Source of the DNA: an uncultured delta proteobacterium
GTDB taxonomy: Bacteria; Myxococcota; B64-G9
Length of the DNA: 64,000 nucleotides
Reading direction: 5' to 3'
NCBI GenBank assembly: GCA_963754925.1
Contig: CAVWHX010000004.1
Coordinates: 1 to 64,000 of the forward strand
The position numbers and the translations under genes are program-made. Shown here piece by piece: positions 18,552 to 27,477 of the stretch. Each line of letters begins with the position of its first letter. The first letter of the stretch is position 1. Below the pieces are notes generated by a model. It was not told the origin of the DNA and did no database searches. It was given only the letters and a program-made list of their open reading frames with translations.

Positions 18552-19742
18552 TTATTTCCTCTGATAACTATCTATTCGTGCCAGAGCTTGCCGGGCCTGC
18601 GCCGCGGTTTGAGAATCGGGTCCGTAATCAAAGACGCCGAGAAGATATTGATAGGCGGCCGTTAGTTGACCCTGCTCAAGACGCAGCAAACCCAACGCCA
18701 GGTAAACGCGGGCAAGATCGTTCGAATGCTGATGCACACTCAGAAAACGACGCAGCAGTTCGCCGGCCGTCGCCCCATCACCCGCTGCGTGCAACCACCC
18801 CGCGAGGAGAACGCACTCGTTGGTGCTCAGCGCGGCCATGTCCTGCCGATTGAGATAGGGTATCAAGGATAGCGCGAGCTGGCTATCGTTTCGCGACAAA
18901 GCGTCTTGCAGGCGTGTCACGGCGGTCCCTTCGGGTACGCTCGCAACTACCCGCGGTTCACTCGATTGGTCGAGAAGCACGCGACGAGAAGACCCAGGCC
19001 AATGCAACGACAGCCGTTCGACCGAAAAGGCGATGCCAAGACCCGCTATGAAACCACCCAAATGCGCACCATAGGCTACGCTCGACTGCTGACTGATAAG
19101 AAAAGGCAGGAGGTTGTCCACGAGGATAAGAAACCCCAATACCCAGCGGGCCGATATCAATGCCACGTCAAAATAGATGGGAAATAAAAGAATAAGAACT
19201 TTAATCTTGTTGCGCCCGAACAGTAAAAAGTAAACGCCCATCACTCCGGAAATCGCGCCCGAGGCGCCAACCAAAGGAATCATTGAATGGCGGGCAAAGA
19301 GTGAAAAGGTAAGCGTGGCGAGCGCGCCGGTTACCAAATAGGTCGCCAAGTAACCAATTCTGCCGAGGCGCTGTTCCACATTGGCGCCGAATATCCAAAG
19401 AAAGAACATGTTGCCCGCTACATGCAATAGACCGCCATGGAGAAACAATGACCAGAAGAGGTCGGCAAGATGGGGGTCGCCGGGTTTATAACCATGAGTA
19501 AAAATGAACAGATCCTCGGCGCTGATGTGGGAAATCACCTCATCAAGTGAGGTCAAGGGCGGCAGGGAGTGTGCGATGAAGCGTATGTATTCCGGTAACA
19601 TCGGGTCATGCGGATCGACCGGTTGATACGACAAGGGCAATGTGATCAATAGATAGACTGCTACGTTGGCGGCGATAAGCAGCCAATTAACCCAGGGAGT
19701 GAAGTTGCGCGGATGAGAGGTGTCACCGATAGGCAAAAACAC
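18552..19742 (-). CDS. Rhomboid intramembrane serine protease with C-terminal TPR
   Basis: HGGLLHVAGNM, GASGAISG, AHLGG motifs. Confidence 0.9.
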   Translation of the reverse strand: MFLPIGDTSHPRNFTPWVNWLLIAANVAVYLLITLPLSYQPVDPHDPMLPEYIRFIAHSLPPLTSLDEVISHISAEDLFIFTHGYKPGDPHLADLFWSLFLHGGLLHVAGNMFFLWIFGANVEQRLGRIGYLATYLVTGALATLTFSLFARHSMIPLVGASGAISGVMGVYFLLFGRNKIKVLILLFPIYFDVALISARWVLGFLILVDNLLPFLISQQSSVAYGAHLGGFIAGLGIAFSVERLSLHWPGSSRRVLLDQSSEPRVVASVPEGTAVTRLQDALSRNDSQLALSLIPYLNRQDMAALSTNECVLLAGWLHAAGDGATAGELLRRFLSVHQHSNDLARVYLALGLLRLEQGQLTAAYQYLLGVFDYGPDSQTAAQARQALARIDSYQRK

Positions 19743-19820
19743 TCAAAACCTCGCTTGCGAAAACGCAACCTAACTAGAAGAGCACGCTTTGAATCAAACT
19801 TGCAACCGAAAATCAAAGCG

Positions 19821-19923
19821 CCGGGTCCTGCAGCCAAGCCGCACGCAGCCAAGCCGCACAGCCGGCGGGGGGTCCCCTACTCGTCCGTGCGGCTTGGCTG
19901 CGTGCGGCTTGGCTGCGTTACCC
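19821..19923. repeat. Dispersed repeat copy 1, carrying two direct and two inverted 15-bp units
   Basis: CCGGGTCCT-(GCAGCCAAGCCGCAC)2-AGCCGGCGGGGGGTCCCCTACTCGTCC-(GTGCGGCTTGGCTGC)2-GTTACCC. Confidence 0.85.
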
Positions 19924-20011
19924 TGTGCATACCAATACCATTCTAAATAGTTACTAACTTCTTCGTTTTGAGGTTGACCTTGGCGGCAGGTTCAGGCAAG
20001 CTACCCGAATT

Positions 20012-21079
20012 GTGAGGAAGAACGTTTGGATACTCGCCATCATTCCGTTCATCGCGGTCGCGTGTAGCAATAAAATTAAGGAACGCCACCTCGAAAAGTT
20101 TCTCGACCCGACCAGGGTCCAAAATGAAGCGCCGCTTGAAACGATTAAGGTGATCGCCCTGCCCGGCGATCCGTCTATCCAGCAGCGCGTCAATACCATC
20201 GGCTTTGCGGAGGCAGCTCGACGCCTGGGATCGCACCGCTACACCGCCGAGATACGTTTCACGATAAAAAAAGATGAATCTGAAGCGACCCTATCGGAGA
20301 GCGATAAAATCGAGCTGGCGAAAAATGGCGACTTTAGAACCACGGTCGAAAACAACGGGGGGCTCGGGTATGAACTGATTTTTTCAAACGGGCACTATTA
20401 TATTCGCAACCGCTACAGCGTTTTTCACGAGGACGATATCTTGAGCGACGAACACCTGCAGTTGCGCGATTCGGCCTATGGCGGATGGGCGGCGATATAT
20501 CGGCTGTACCGCGGCCGGTTGTCCTTCCAGAAACCAGTCACTATCAACCGCTATGGCCGTAAAATGACGCGCTTTTCTGTCGGCCTTTCAGCATCCCAAC
20601 CGAGCTTGCCGGGAACAACGCTGCAACCCTCCGCGCCGGCCGGAGTCACCAAGTATGTCTACCCAATCAAACCAACCCTGGCGGAAAAACATGCCTGGCG
20701 CGATCACACCACCCCGGTCGATGCCCGCGGAACCATGCTGGTCGACGCGGCATCGGGTGTTGTGGTCAATGTGGAATTTGACGGCTCCCTCACGTTTTCA
20801 GCGCCGTCAACGTCAAGCGGATCCTTGACCGTTTCGGCGCGGATCAATACCGACAATTTTGGCGTTTTGCAAAGCATCGCAGCTCCGAGCCCAGACCAAC
20901 TCACCCCGATGCCTCAGCGCCTGGACGTTGATACGCACCCACTTGATTTCTTTTTTGGCAAAGGCTTCACCGCCACCCTCGGACCACCCGCGGGGGTGGC
21001 CGCTAAACCGGATAAACAGGCGCCGGATACGGAATCTCAAAACAACTCAGAACCAGGAGGTTCAGAATCGAACCCCTAG
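20012..21079 (+). CDS. Hypothetical lipoprotein
   Basis: Signal peptide with IAVAC lipobox; 355-aa ORF. Confidence 0.7.
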   Translation: MRKNVWILAIIPFIAVACSNKIKERHLEKFLDPTRVQNEAPLETIKVIALPGDPSIQQRVNTIGFAEAARRLGSHRYTAEIRFTIKKDESEATLSESDKIELAKNGDFRTTVENNGGLGYELIFSNGHYYIRNRYSVFHEDDILSDEHLQLRDSAYGGWAAIYRLYRGRLSFQKPVTINRYGRKMTRFSVGLSASQPSLPGTTLQPSAPAGVTKYVYPIKPTLAEKHAWRDHTTPVDARGTMLVDAASGVVVNVEFDGSLTFSAPSTSSGSLTVSARINTDNFGVLQSIAAPSPDQLTPMPQRLDVDTHPLDFFFGKGFTATLGPPAGVAAKPDKQAPDTESQNNSEPGGSESNP

Positions 21080-21411
21080 CATGTGCAAAAATGCTGGCCT
21101 CGCTAGCCGCTGACAAAAAGGCCCGCAGGCCTAACCTATTGAATGTAAGACACATAACCTCGTATACCGACTTTATTCTGCTGGTTACGGCGGGAAGCGA
21201 CCGCCATGCCCGAGCGCTCGCCGACCACCTCGTCGAGGAGATGAAAAAGCATCGAGTTCGTGTCTATGGAATTGAAGGTTATGAAACCGGACAGTGGATA
21301 TTGCTCGACTATGGCGACGCCATCGTCCATATTCTACAGGCCGACGTCCGCTCTTATTACGATCTTGACGGCCTGTGGGTTGATGCCGAACAGCTCCCGG
21401 TCGAAGAATAG
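21067..21411 (+). CDS. rsfS: Ribosome silencing factor (Iojap); probable ATC start at 21067 (first ATG at 21091)
   Basis: DKKA, WILLDYGDAIVH and RSYYDLDGLW motifs; AGGAGG 6 nt before an in-frame ATC. Confidence 0.9.
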   Translation: MEPLACAKMLASLAADKKARRPNLLNVRHITSYTDFILLVTAGSDRHARALADHLVEEMKKHRVRVYGIEGYETGQWILLDYGDAIVHILQADVRSYYDLDGLWVDAEQLPVEE

Positions 21412-21449
21412 CAACACTGACCTCGTGCCGATTAATAATTACACTCGAT

Positions 21450-22190
21450 ATGCTTGAGCGCGTTAAACAATTAATCGTCGCCCCCGTGGGGGCTCTTGCC
21501 GATCTGCTGCTGCCGCCCGCGTGTCTGGTGTGTGATGCGCTTCTCGATTCGGCGAGCACCAGGATCTGCCCTGAATGCGCCGCCGAGCTCGAGCCGCTAC
21601 GCCCGCCTTTGTGCCTGCGTTGCGGCCAGCCTCTGGTTAACGATCAGATCTGTACGGCGTGCCGGCTCGACCCGCCGCCATACTTGTCCCTCCGCTCGAT
21701 CTATGCTTTCGCCGGGGCTGCCCAGGAAACGGTACTGCGGTTGAAGTTCGGCGGCAAACCAGAGCTCGGCAATCTCATCGCCGATCAGTTGATGGCTGCG
21801 GCCAATACCAATTCTCTCCTTCTGTCCTGCAACTGGCTGATCCCGGTTCCCTTGCACCCAGCGCGGCTACGTGAGCGAGGTTTCAATCAGGCAGTGCTGA
21901 TTGCGCAGCGCCTTTCGCGCCGGTTGCATCTGCCCGTCGATCTCTCCCACCTGCGCCGCATCCGCGCCACCCCCGCCCAGGCGTTGACGCAGAACAGGTT
22001 GGAGCGGCTGAAAAACATCCAACGGGCATTTCGGGTCTCGCCGAACCACCCCTTCCGGGAAAAGAAGCTATGCTTGATCGATGACGTGGTTACGACCGGC
22101 GCCACTCTGCGCGCCTGCGCGCAAACTTTGCTCGATGCCGGAGCCAAAGAAGTCTCTGCCGTGACTTTTGCGCGATCCCTGATGTTGTAG
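21450..22190 (+). CDS. comF: ComF family protein (double zinc ribbon plus PRTase-like domain)
   Basis: Four CxxC pairs, PVPLH..R..ERGFNQA, IDDVVTTGAT. Confidence 0.9.
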   Translation: MLERVKQLIVAPVGALADLLLPPACLVCDALLDSASTRICPECAAELEPLRPPLCLRCGQPLVNDQICTACRLDPPPYLSLRSIYAFAGAAQETVLRLKFGGKPELGNLIADQLMAAANTNSLLLSCNWLIPVPLHPARLRERGFNQAVLIAQRLSRRLHLPVDLSHLRRIRATPAQALTQNRLERLKNIQRAFRVSPNHPFREKKLCLIDDVVTTGATLRACAQTLLDAGAKEVSAVTFARSLML

Positions 22191-22215
22191 GGGCGGGTTT
22201 GAAACCCGCCCCTAC
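22187..22215 (+). repeat. GTAG-type REP palindrome
   Basis: GTAGGGGCGGGTTTGAAACCCGCCCCTAC, overlapping the comF stop; second copy at 31657. Confidence 0.85.
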
Positions 22216-22256
22216 AGGCGCCCGTAACGCGAGCAAAGCTCGCTAACGGGCTCCTG

Positions 22257-22311
22257 GGATTCCAGCCAAGCCCACAGGATAAGAGACTGCCCAAAGGATA
22301 AGAGCTTGTAA
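22257..22311. repeat. Left arms of the nested repeat stack (REP half, 15-mer, hairpin A, hairpin B)
   Basis: GGATTC|CAGCCAAGCC|CACAGGATAAGAGACTG|CCCAAAGGATAAGAGCTTGTAA. Confidence 0.7.
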
Positions 22312-22386
22312 TGACGTGCCCCCCGAAAACTGGACCATTTTCAATGAGAGTTCCTTCGGCTAGAATGCCGGAAAGGAGCTTGCTCA

Positions 22387-22653
22387 ATGAAAGGGAAACG
22401 GTTTTCTGAGGATAAGATCATCGGGATATTGAAAGAAGCCGAAGCGGGGGTGAAGCTGTCTGATCTCTGTCGCACACATGGCTTCTGCGAACAAACGTAC
22501 TACCGTTGGAAATCCAAGTACGGCGGGATGGACGTCAGCGAGGCGCGGCGGCTGAAGCAGCTTGAGGAAGAAAACCGAAGGCTGAAGCGTGCCGTGGCCG
22601 ATCTCACTCTCGACAACCAGATCTTGAGGGATATCAACTCAAGAAAATGGTGA
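22387..22653 (+). CDS. IS3 transposase OrfA (HTH)
   Basis: MKGKRFSEDKIIGILKE...TYYRWKSKYGGM...LEEENRRLK. Confidence 0.95.
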   Translation: MKGKRFSEDKIIGILKEAEAGVKLSDLCRTHGFCEQTYYRWKSKYGGMDVSEARRLKQLEEENRRLKRAVADLTLDNQILRDINSRKW

Positions 22654-23558
22654 AGCCCGCAGCGCGAAAGCAGGCCGTTGTGCATGCCCGCGAGGAATTT
22701 GGGGTGAGCGAACGACGCGCCTGCGGGCTGATGAGGATCGGGCGATCGAGCTTTCGGTACCGTTCGGTAGGCCAACTGTATCCGCAGTTGCGGGAGCGTC
22801 TTTTAGAGCTTGCGGCGCAGCGGGTACGCTTCGGATATCGACGGTTGCAGGTGTTATTGCGGCGGGAAGGGTATGTGGTGAATCACAAGCGGGTGTATCG
22901 GCTGTATCGGCAAGAGGGATTGAGCGTGAGGAAGAAGCAGCGCAAGAGATACCGGAGCATCGCGCGGCAGCCGCTGCGTCTTCCGGAAGGACTCAACGAG
23001 CGATGGTCGATGGATTTTCTATCTGATTGTCTCTCAGATGGGCGACGGTTGAAGGTGTTGAGCGTGCTGGATGAATTCAGTCGAGAGAGTCTTGCCTTAC
23101 CCGTAGACACGTCCATTTCCGGCAGCCGGGTGGCCAGGATTTTGGACGATATTGCCGCTGAACGGGGTAGGTATCCCGAAGCGATGGTGACGGATAACGG
23201 TCCGGAGTTCACGAGTCGTGCGCTGGACCTCTGGGCGTACCGGCATGGGGTGCAGTTGCATTTTATCGAGCCAGGCAAGCCGGTGCAGAATGCCCTGATC
23301 GAAAGCTTCAACGGCAAATTTCGAGATGAATGTCTCAATCAACATTGGTTTATAAATCTACAAGATGCTCGTAATAAAATCGAATCATGGCGGATGGATT
23401 ACAATCATGTGCGGCCACACAGCTCGCTGGGACAGGAGACACCGGCGGAGTTCGCGCGACAGTTTTCAGAGCTTCGGTCGCCTCCGGCTCCCTTCGCTCT
23501 GAAAACTGGTGTTGCTATGGATAAAGGAACGATGGTTAACCATGAACAACTCTCATAG
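22647..23558 (+). CDS. IS3 transposase OrfB (DDE integrase core), in the -1 frame relative to OrfA
   Basis: WSMDF, TDNGPEF, PGKPVQNALIESFNGKFRDECLN, YNHVRPHSSLG. Confidence 0.95.
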   Translation: MVKPAARKQAVVHAREEFGVSERRACGLMRIGRSSFRYRSVGQLYPQLRERLLELAAQRVRFGYRRLQVLLRREGYVVNHKRVYRLYRQEGLSVRKKQRKRYRSIARQPLRLPEGLNERWSMDFLSDCLSDGRRLKVLSVLDEFSRESLALPVDTSISGSRVARILDDIAAERGRYPEAMVTDNGPEFTSRALDLWAYRHGVQLHFIEPGKPVQNALIESFNGKFRDECLNQHWFINLQDARNKIESWRMDYNHVRPHSSLGQETPAEFARQFSELRSPPAPFALKTGVAMDKGTMVNHEQLS

Positions 23559-23591
23559 AGAGTGGTCCTATGAACGGGGGCACGTCAGTAA

Positions 23592-23729
23592 GACTCACTT
23601 CGTTCGTCAACAAGCTCTGATAACTCCCTTCGGTCGTAACAGTCTCTAACCCCTAAAGGGATAAGAGACCGTAAGCTTCGCTCTGCTCAGCAATGGTCTC
23701 TAACCGCACGCCGCTCCCGCGGGAATGAC
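23592..23729. repeat. Right arms of the nested repeat stack plus one intact hairpin unit (23652-23705)
   Basis: B-right 23592-23620, A-right 23621-23651, unit C, GCACG, CCGCTCCCGCGGGAATGAC. Confidence 0.7.
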
Positions 23730-23751
23730 CACCTTGAGAATAGGGCACTAT

Positions 23752-24033
23752 TCAACCGCCGACCACGACGGTCCAGGGGCGCACGCTCCACTCCTTGATG
23801 AGGCTGGCCTTGACGTAGGGGTCGTTGTGGGCGAAAGCTTCGACGACCGAACGGTCGGCCGTGTGAAAGATCAGTATCGCGGTGTCGGGAGGGTCGGCCA
23901 ATGCTCCGGCCATCAGAAGCTCGCCCCTGGCTTTGGCGGTGTTGCAATAGGCCAGGTGTTGCTCGCGGTAGGGCGCCCGCCGCTCGATGTAATCGTTCAC
24001 GGTCTTGTAAATGAGAAGGTAATAATTGAGCAC
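23752..24033 (-). CDS. YciI family protein
   Basis: RAPYREQHLAY, AGAL, DPYVKA..W motifs; GTG start assumed. Confidence 0.85.
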   Translation of the reverse strand: MLNYYLLIYKTVNDYIERRAPYREQHLAYCNTAKARGELLMAGALADPPDTAILIFHTADRSVVEAFAHNDPYVKASLIKEWSVRPWTVVVGG

Positions 24034-24046
24034 TTGTTCGCAAAAC

Positions 24047-25603
24047 CTATCTTTTCGCCACACTATACGGCTTGTTGATAACTTCTTGAGCTATTTCGTA
24101 GTAATGAGGGAACATTCCCGCAAGGGCGACGCCAGCTATATAGTTTGCTTTGTTAACTTTTCGCGCTTTTATTATGAACTTTATATATTCAAATCCATAA
24201 AAAGAAAAAATCTGTTTTAAGAAGAATAACAAGTCCTTTGTGATGTATTTAATCTTGTGACTCAACGTTGCGTCTTCTTTAAATATTTTTATCTTTCGGG
24301 GCGGAGGATCTTTTGGAAAGTGTTCCAGCATTTTTAAATTACGCTCAAACCACCTCCGCGGGCTGTATATTTCTGAAATAACACGTTGGTATCCTTCGAT
24401 GAGAATATGCTCCGGAATGTGCGGCTTAAAGTTTAAACACAAATCTATATTATTAAACGTATGCCACCCATTTCCGATGATGCGATTTTCTTTCTGTAAC
24501 CGACGATACAGCTGGGTGTTTGGCATCACAACCAGTAATCCCACCATGGCAATGGGTATCCCCGCCTTTTGAAGAAAATCAATCTGCATATCAAATATAT
24601 TTTCAGTGTCCGAGTCAAACCCAATAATGAACCCGCCCATAACACCTATTCTTTTAGCCTGAATTTTTTTTACACTCTCAAGTAAATCCTCCCGAACATT
24701 GTGCGGTTTGTGAATACTGGTCAGAGTCGATGTATCTGGGGATTCAATTCCAACGAAAACCATACCGAAACCAGAATCCGACATCAAATCCAACAATTCT
24801 TCATCATGAGCCACATTAATGCTTACCTGGGTTATAAAGTAAAAAGGATAATCTTTCGCTTTCTGCCACGCAAGGAGCTTTCTGAGTAGAATCTTAGTTT
24901 TAGGTATATGCCCGATAAAGTTATCATCTACTATGAATACTTCTCCCCTATGCCCCAAATTATACACAAATTCTAATTCAGTTAAAAATTGCTCCGGCGA
25001 TTTTGTCCGAACTTGTCTGCCGTTCATCTCAATGATATCACAGAAGTCGCACTGGAAAGGGCATCCCCGTGAATATTGAATTGGAATCATCGCATAATCG
25101 TTTAGATCAATTAAATCATATCTGGGGATTGGAGAGTTGGTTAAATCAGGCTTCGTGGTATCCTTATAAATACGTTTGGCAGTTCCATTTTCATAATCTT
25201 TAATAAATTGCGGGAGGATTGTTTCCGCTTCATTAAGCACCAGGTGATCAATCCTGTTTATATTTAACACGTCGAGATCCTGCGCCGACCAAATAAGCGG
25301 ACCACCCGCGACCATGGTTTTCTTACATTCAAGACACAAATTGACCACTTCGGAGAAGGAATCTTGTTGCACACCCATCGCGGATATAAATACTAGATCC
25401 GAATCATTAATATCTTTTTTCGTGAGGCGGTACGCATTCATGTCGACAAGGTTAATTTCATAAGTGTCAGGCAATAATGCCGCAACAGTAAGTAAACCAA
25501 GCGGGGGAAATATTGCTTTTTTGCCTAATATCGGCAAGAAAGATTCGTAATTCCAAAATGTGTTCGGAATTTTAGGATAAACCATTAATACTTTAGTCTT
25601 CAT
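24047..25603 (-). CDS. B12-binding domain radical SAM protein (DUF4070/HpnP-like family), AT-rich
   Basis: PPLGLLTVAALLP, SRGCPFQCDFC (CxxxCxxC), FIVDDNFIG, GGFIIGFDSD. Confidence 0.85.
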   Translation of the reverse strand: MKTKVLMVYPKIPNTFWNYESFLPILGKKAIFPPLGLLTVAALLPDTYEINLVDMNAYRLTKKDINDSDLVFISAMGVQQDSFSEVVNLCLECKKTMVAGGPLIWSAQDLDVLNINRIDHLVLNEAETILPQFIKDYENGTAKRIYKDTTKPDLTNSPIPRYDLIDLNDYAMIPIQYSRGCPFQCDFCDIIEMNGRQVRTKSPEQFLTELEFVYNLGHRGEVFIVDDNFIGHIPKTKILLRKLLAWQKAKDYPFYFITQVSINVAHDEELLDLMSDSGFGMVFVGIESPDTSTLTSIHKPHNVREDLLESVKKIQAKRIGVMGGFIIGFDSDTENIFDMQIDFLQKAGIPIAMVGLLVVMPNTQLYRRLQKENRIIGNGWHTFNNIDLCLNFKPHIPEHILIEGYQRVISEIYSPRRWFERNLKMLEHFPKDPPPRKIKIFKEDATLSHKIKYITKDLLFFLKQIFSFYGFEYIKFIIKARKVNKANYIAGVALAGMFPHYYEIAQEVINKPYSVAKR

Positions 25604-25859
25604 TCGATTGCGCTCCTATTATCTATTTTTATTTTATTTTTTATCGTTTATTAATATAAATCTCTCCGGAGGTATAAAATATTTATACACAGCCTTGGTT
25701 CTCTCGCTCCATTGGCTTACCATGACTACTCTTCAAATATAAGATTGGGTTAACTCTGAATTCAATGCTCTGTCAATGATAGTGAAAAATTCCTAACCAG
25801 TAGTCTTCCGACGGGGTTTTTGCATCTTGTTCTTTACTGGCGTCCTGTGACTGGATAAA

Positions 25860-27326
25860 TTGATCGGCATGGGTGGCATCGTGTCGTCGATATCTCTTCC
25901 CGAATTGCGCGATATCGTTACCGAGCTTAACGGCTGTTTACCGATGGCGCGCCTCGATAAAATCAACGCTCCACACAACACGTTGTGCCAACTCATCGTT
26001 AGCAGTCGAGGCACAACGTACGTGCTCTTGATCGAAGTCACCGCGAACCGAATGCGGTTACATCTTATCGGATCGAAACTTCCCGTTCCCCCGTCACCCC
26101 CCGCCTGGGTTATGAAATGCCGGCGCGAAATCCAGGGTGAGCGTCTTGAGGAGATCGCGCTTCCGACAAACGACCGCGTGGTATGCCTGAGGTTTAGAGC
26201 CGGCGCTCATCATCCTCAAAGGACGCTTCTGGCCGAGTTGTTCGGCAAGCGTGGGCGGCTCCTACTGCTTGACGATAACGGCTCGGTGCTCTATCCATTG
26301 ATAGGTGAAGCCGCCGTGGGTGAGCCGTATGTGTTTCCCCGCACCCGATCAATTGTTCCCGAAGCCCCTTCGCGTCTTCCGCCGCCAGACCCACCCACCC
26401 TTGCCGCCAATCGCGCGGCCGAGATGCTCTTCGCTGAAGCGCTGGAGCAGGACGAGTTCAGCCATTACAAGAGTAGCGCATTGCGCCCCGTTACCAACAC
26501 CGTTAAGAAGCTTTCCAAGCTGATAACGAATCTCCACGATGATTTCGAACGCACGAATGCTTGGCGGAACCTGCAACACCAGGCCGAGGTCCTCAAAGCC
26601 AGCCTCAACCGAGTCCGTACGGGCGAACGTCATGTCAACCTGCCTGACTACAGCCAACCAAACGCAACGCTCGTTTCCATCGAGCTCGACCCCGCGCGTT
26701 CACCCCAGCAAAACATGAGCCGGCTTTTCGCCAAGAGCCGGCGTCTGCTGTCCGGCCGTCAAAAGATCCAGGAGCGGTTGGTCGAAAGTGAAACGGCCCT
26801 CGGCCGATGCAAGCAGTTAATCGAGCTCGTTGAGCGAGCCGAGAACGTGGCCGCCCTTCGTGAACTTCTTGAAGCGCATAAGCTTTCTTCTACCGCCGAT
26901 AGGGGGATGCGCAAAACAAAAGCAGGCGCCAAACGGCTCCCCTACAAACAATATCAATCCGCAACCGGAAAGAGTATCCTGGTCGGCAGAAGCGATCGAG
27001 ACAATCATTCCCTAACCTTTCACGTTGCCCGCGGTGGAGATCTATGGCTGCACGCCCAGGGGGCGGCCGGGTCGCATGTGGTGGTGCCGCTTGCGGCCGG
27101 GCAGGAAATCGACGAGCAGACCTTATTGGATGCCGCCACCTTGGCGGCCAATCGAAGCGAGCTTAGAAACTCGGATCGAGTCGAAGTAACCTATACCTAC
27201 GTAAAGCATGTCCACCCAATTAAGGGTGCCCCCCCAGGATTAGTCTCTGTCGCTAAAGCAAAGACCATTTTGATACGCATCGAACCGGAACGTCTCAAGC
27301 GGTTGACAGAATCCAAAAAAGTCTAG
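25860..27326 (+). CDS. NFACT/RqcH (FbpA) family protein
   Basis: DRVV.L, ELFG, coiled coil, ILVGRS..DN..L, DLWLHAQGAAGSHVV; start uncertain. Confidence 0.85.
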   Translation: MIGMGGIVSSISLPELRDIVTELNGCLPMARLDKINAPHNTLCQLIVSSRGTTYVLLIEVTANRMRLHLIGSKLPVPPSPPAWVMKCRREIQGERLEEIALPTNDRVVCLRFRAGAHHPQRTLLAELFGKRGRLLLLDDNGSVLYPLIGEAAVGEPYVFPRTRSIVPEAPSRLPPPDPPTLAANRAAEMLFAEALEQDEFSHYKSSALRPVTNTVKKLSKLITNLHDDFERTNAWRNLQHQAEVLKASLNRVRTGERHVNLPDYSQPNATLVSIELDPARSPQQNMSRLFAKSRRLLSGRQKIQERLVESETALGRCKQLIELVERAENVAALRELLEAHKLSSTADRGMRKTKAGAKRLPYKQYQSATGKSILVGRSDRDNHSLTFHVARGGDLWLHAQGAAGSHVVVPLAAGQEIDEQTLLDAATLAANRSELRNSDRVEVTYTYVKHVHPIKGAPPGLVSVAKAKTILIRIEPERLKRLTESKKV

Positions 27327-27477
27327 CATTCTTGTAGCCTATAATCCTACATGTAGTATAAGGTGGTCATTTTGTTGACATGATTTATTTTACCATTTAC
27401 CATTCGATAGTTACTTAAAATTATCAAGTATTTTCAATAGGTATGATTGGACAAGAAGATTTCGAAGGAAGGACGCG

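Larger units (their letters stand above)
22312..23587 (+). mobile_element. Complete IS3-family insertion sequence (IS407-like group), 1276 bp, 4-bp TSD GTAA
   Basis: Terminal IRs TGACGTGCCCCC... / ...GGGGGCACGTCA extending about 40 bp imperfectly; GTAA at 22308-22311 and 23588-23591; overlapping orfA and orfB. Confidence 0.97.

Noticed and set aside
27344..27360. CTACATGTAG palindrome upstream of ftsK as an NrdR- or LexA-like box
   Set aside because: It is a single short match in AT-rich DNA with no supporting context.
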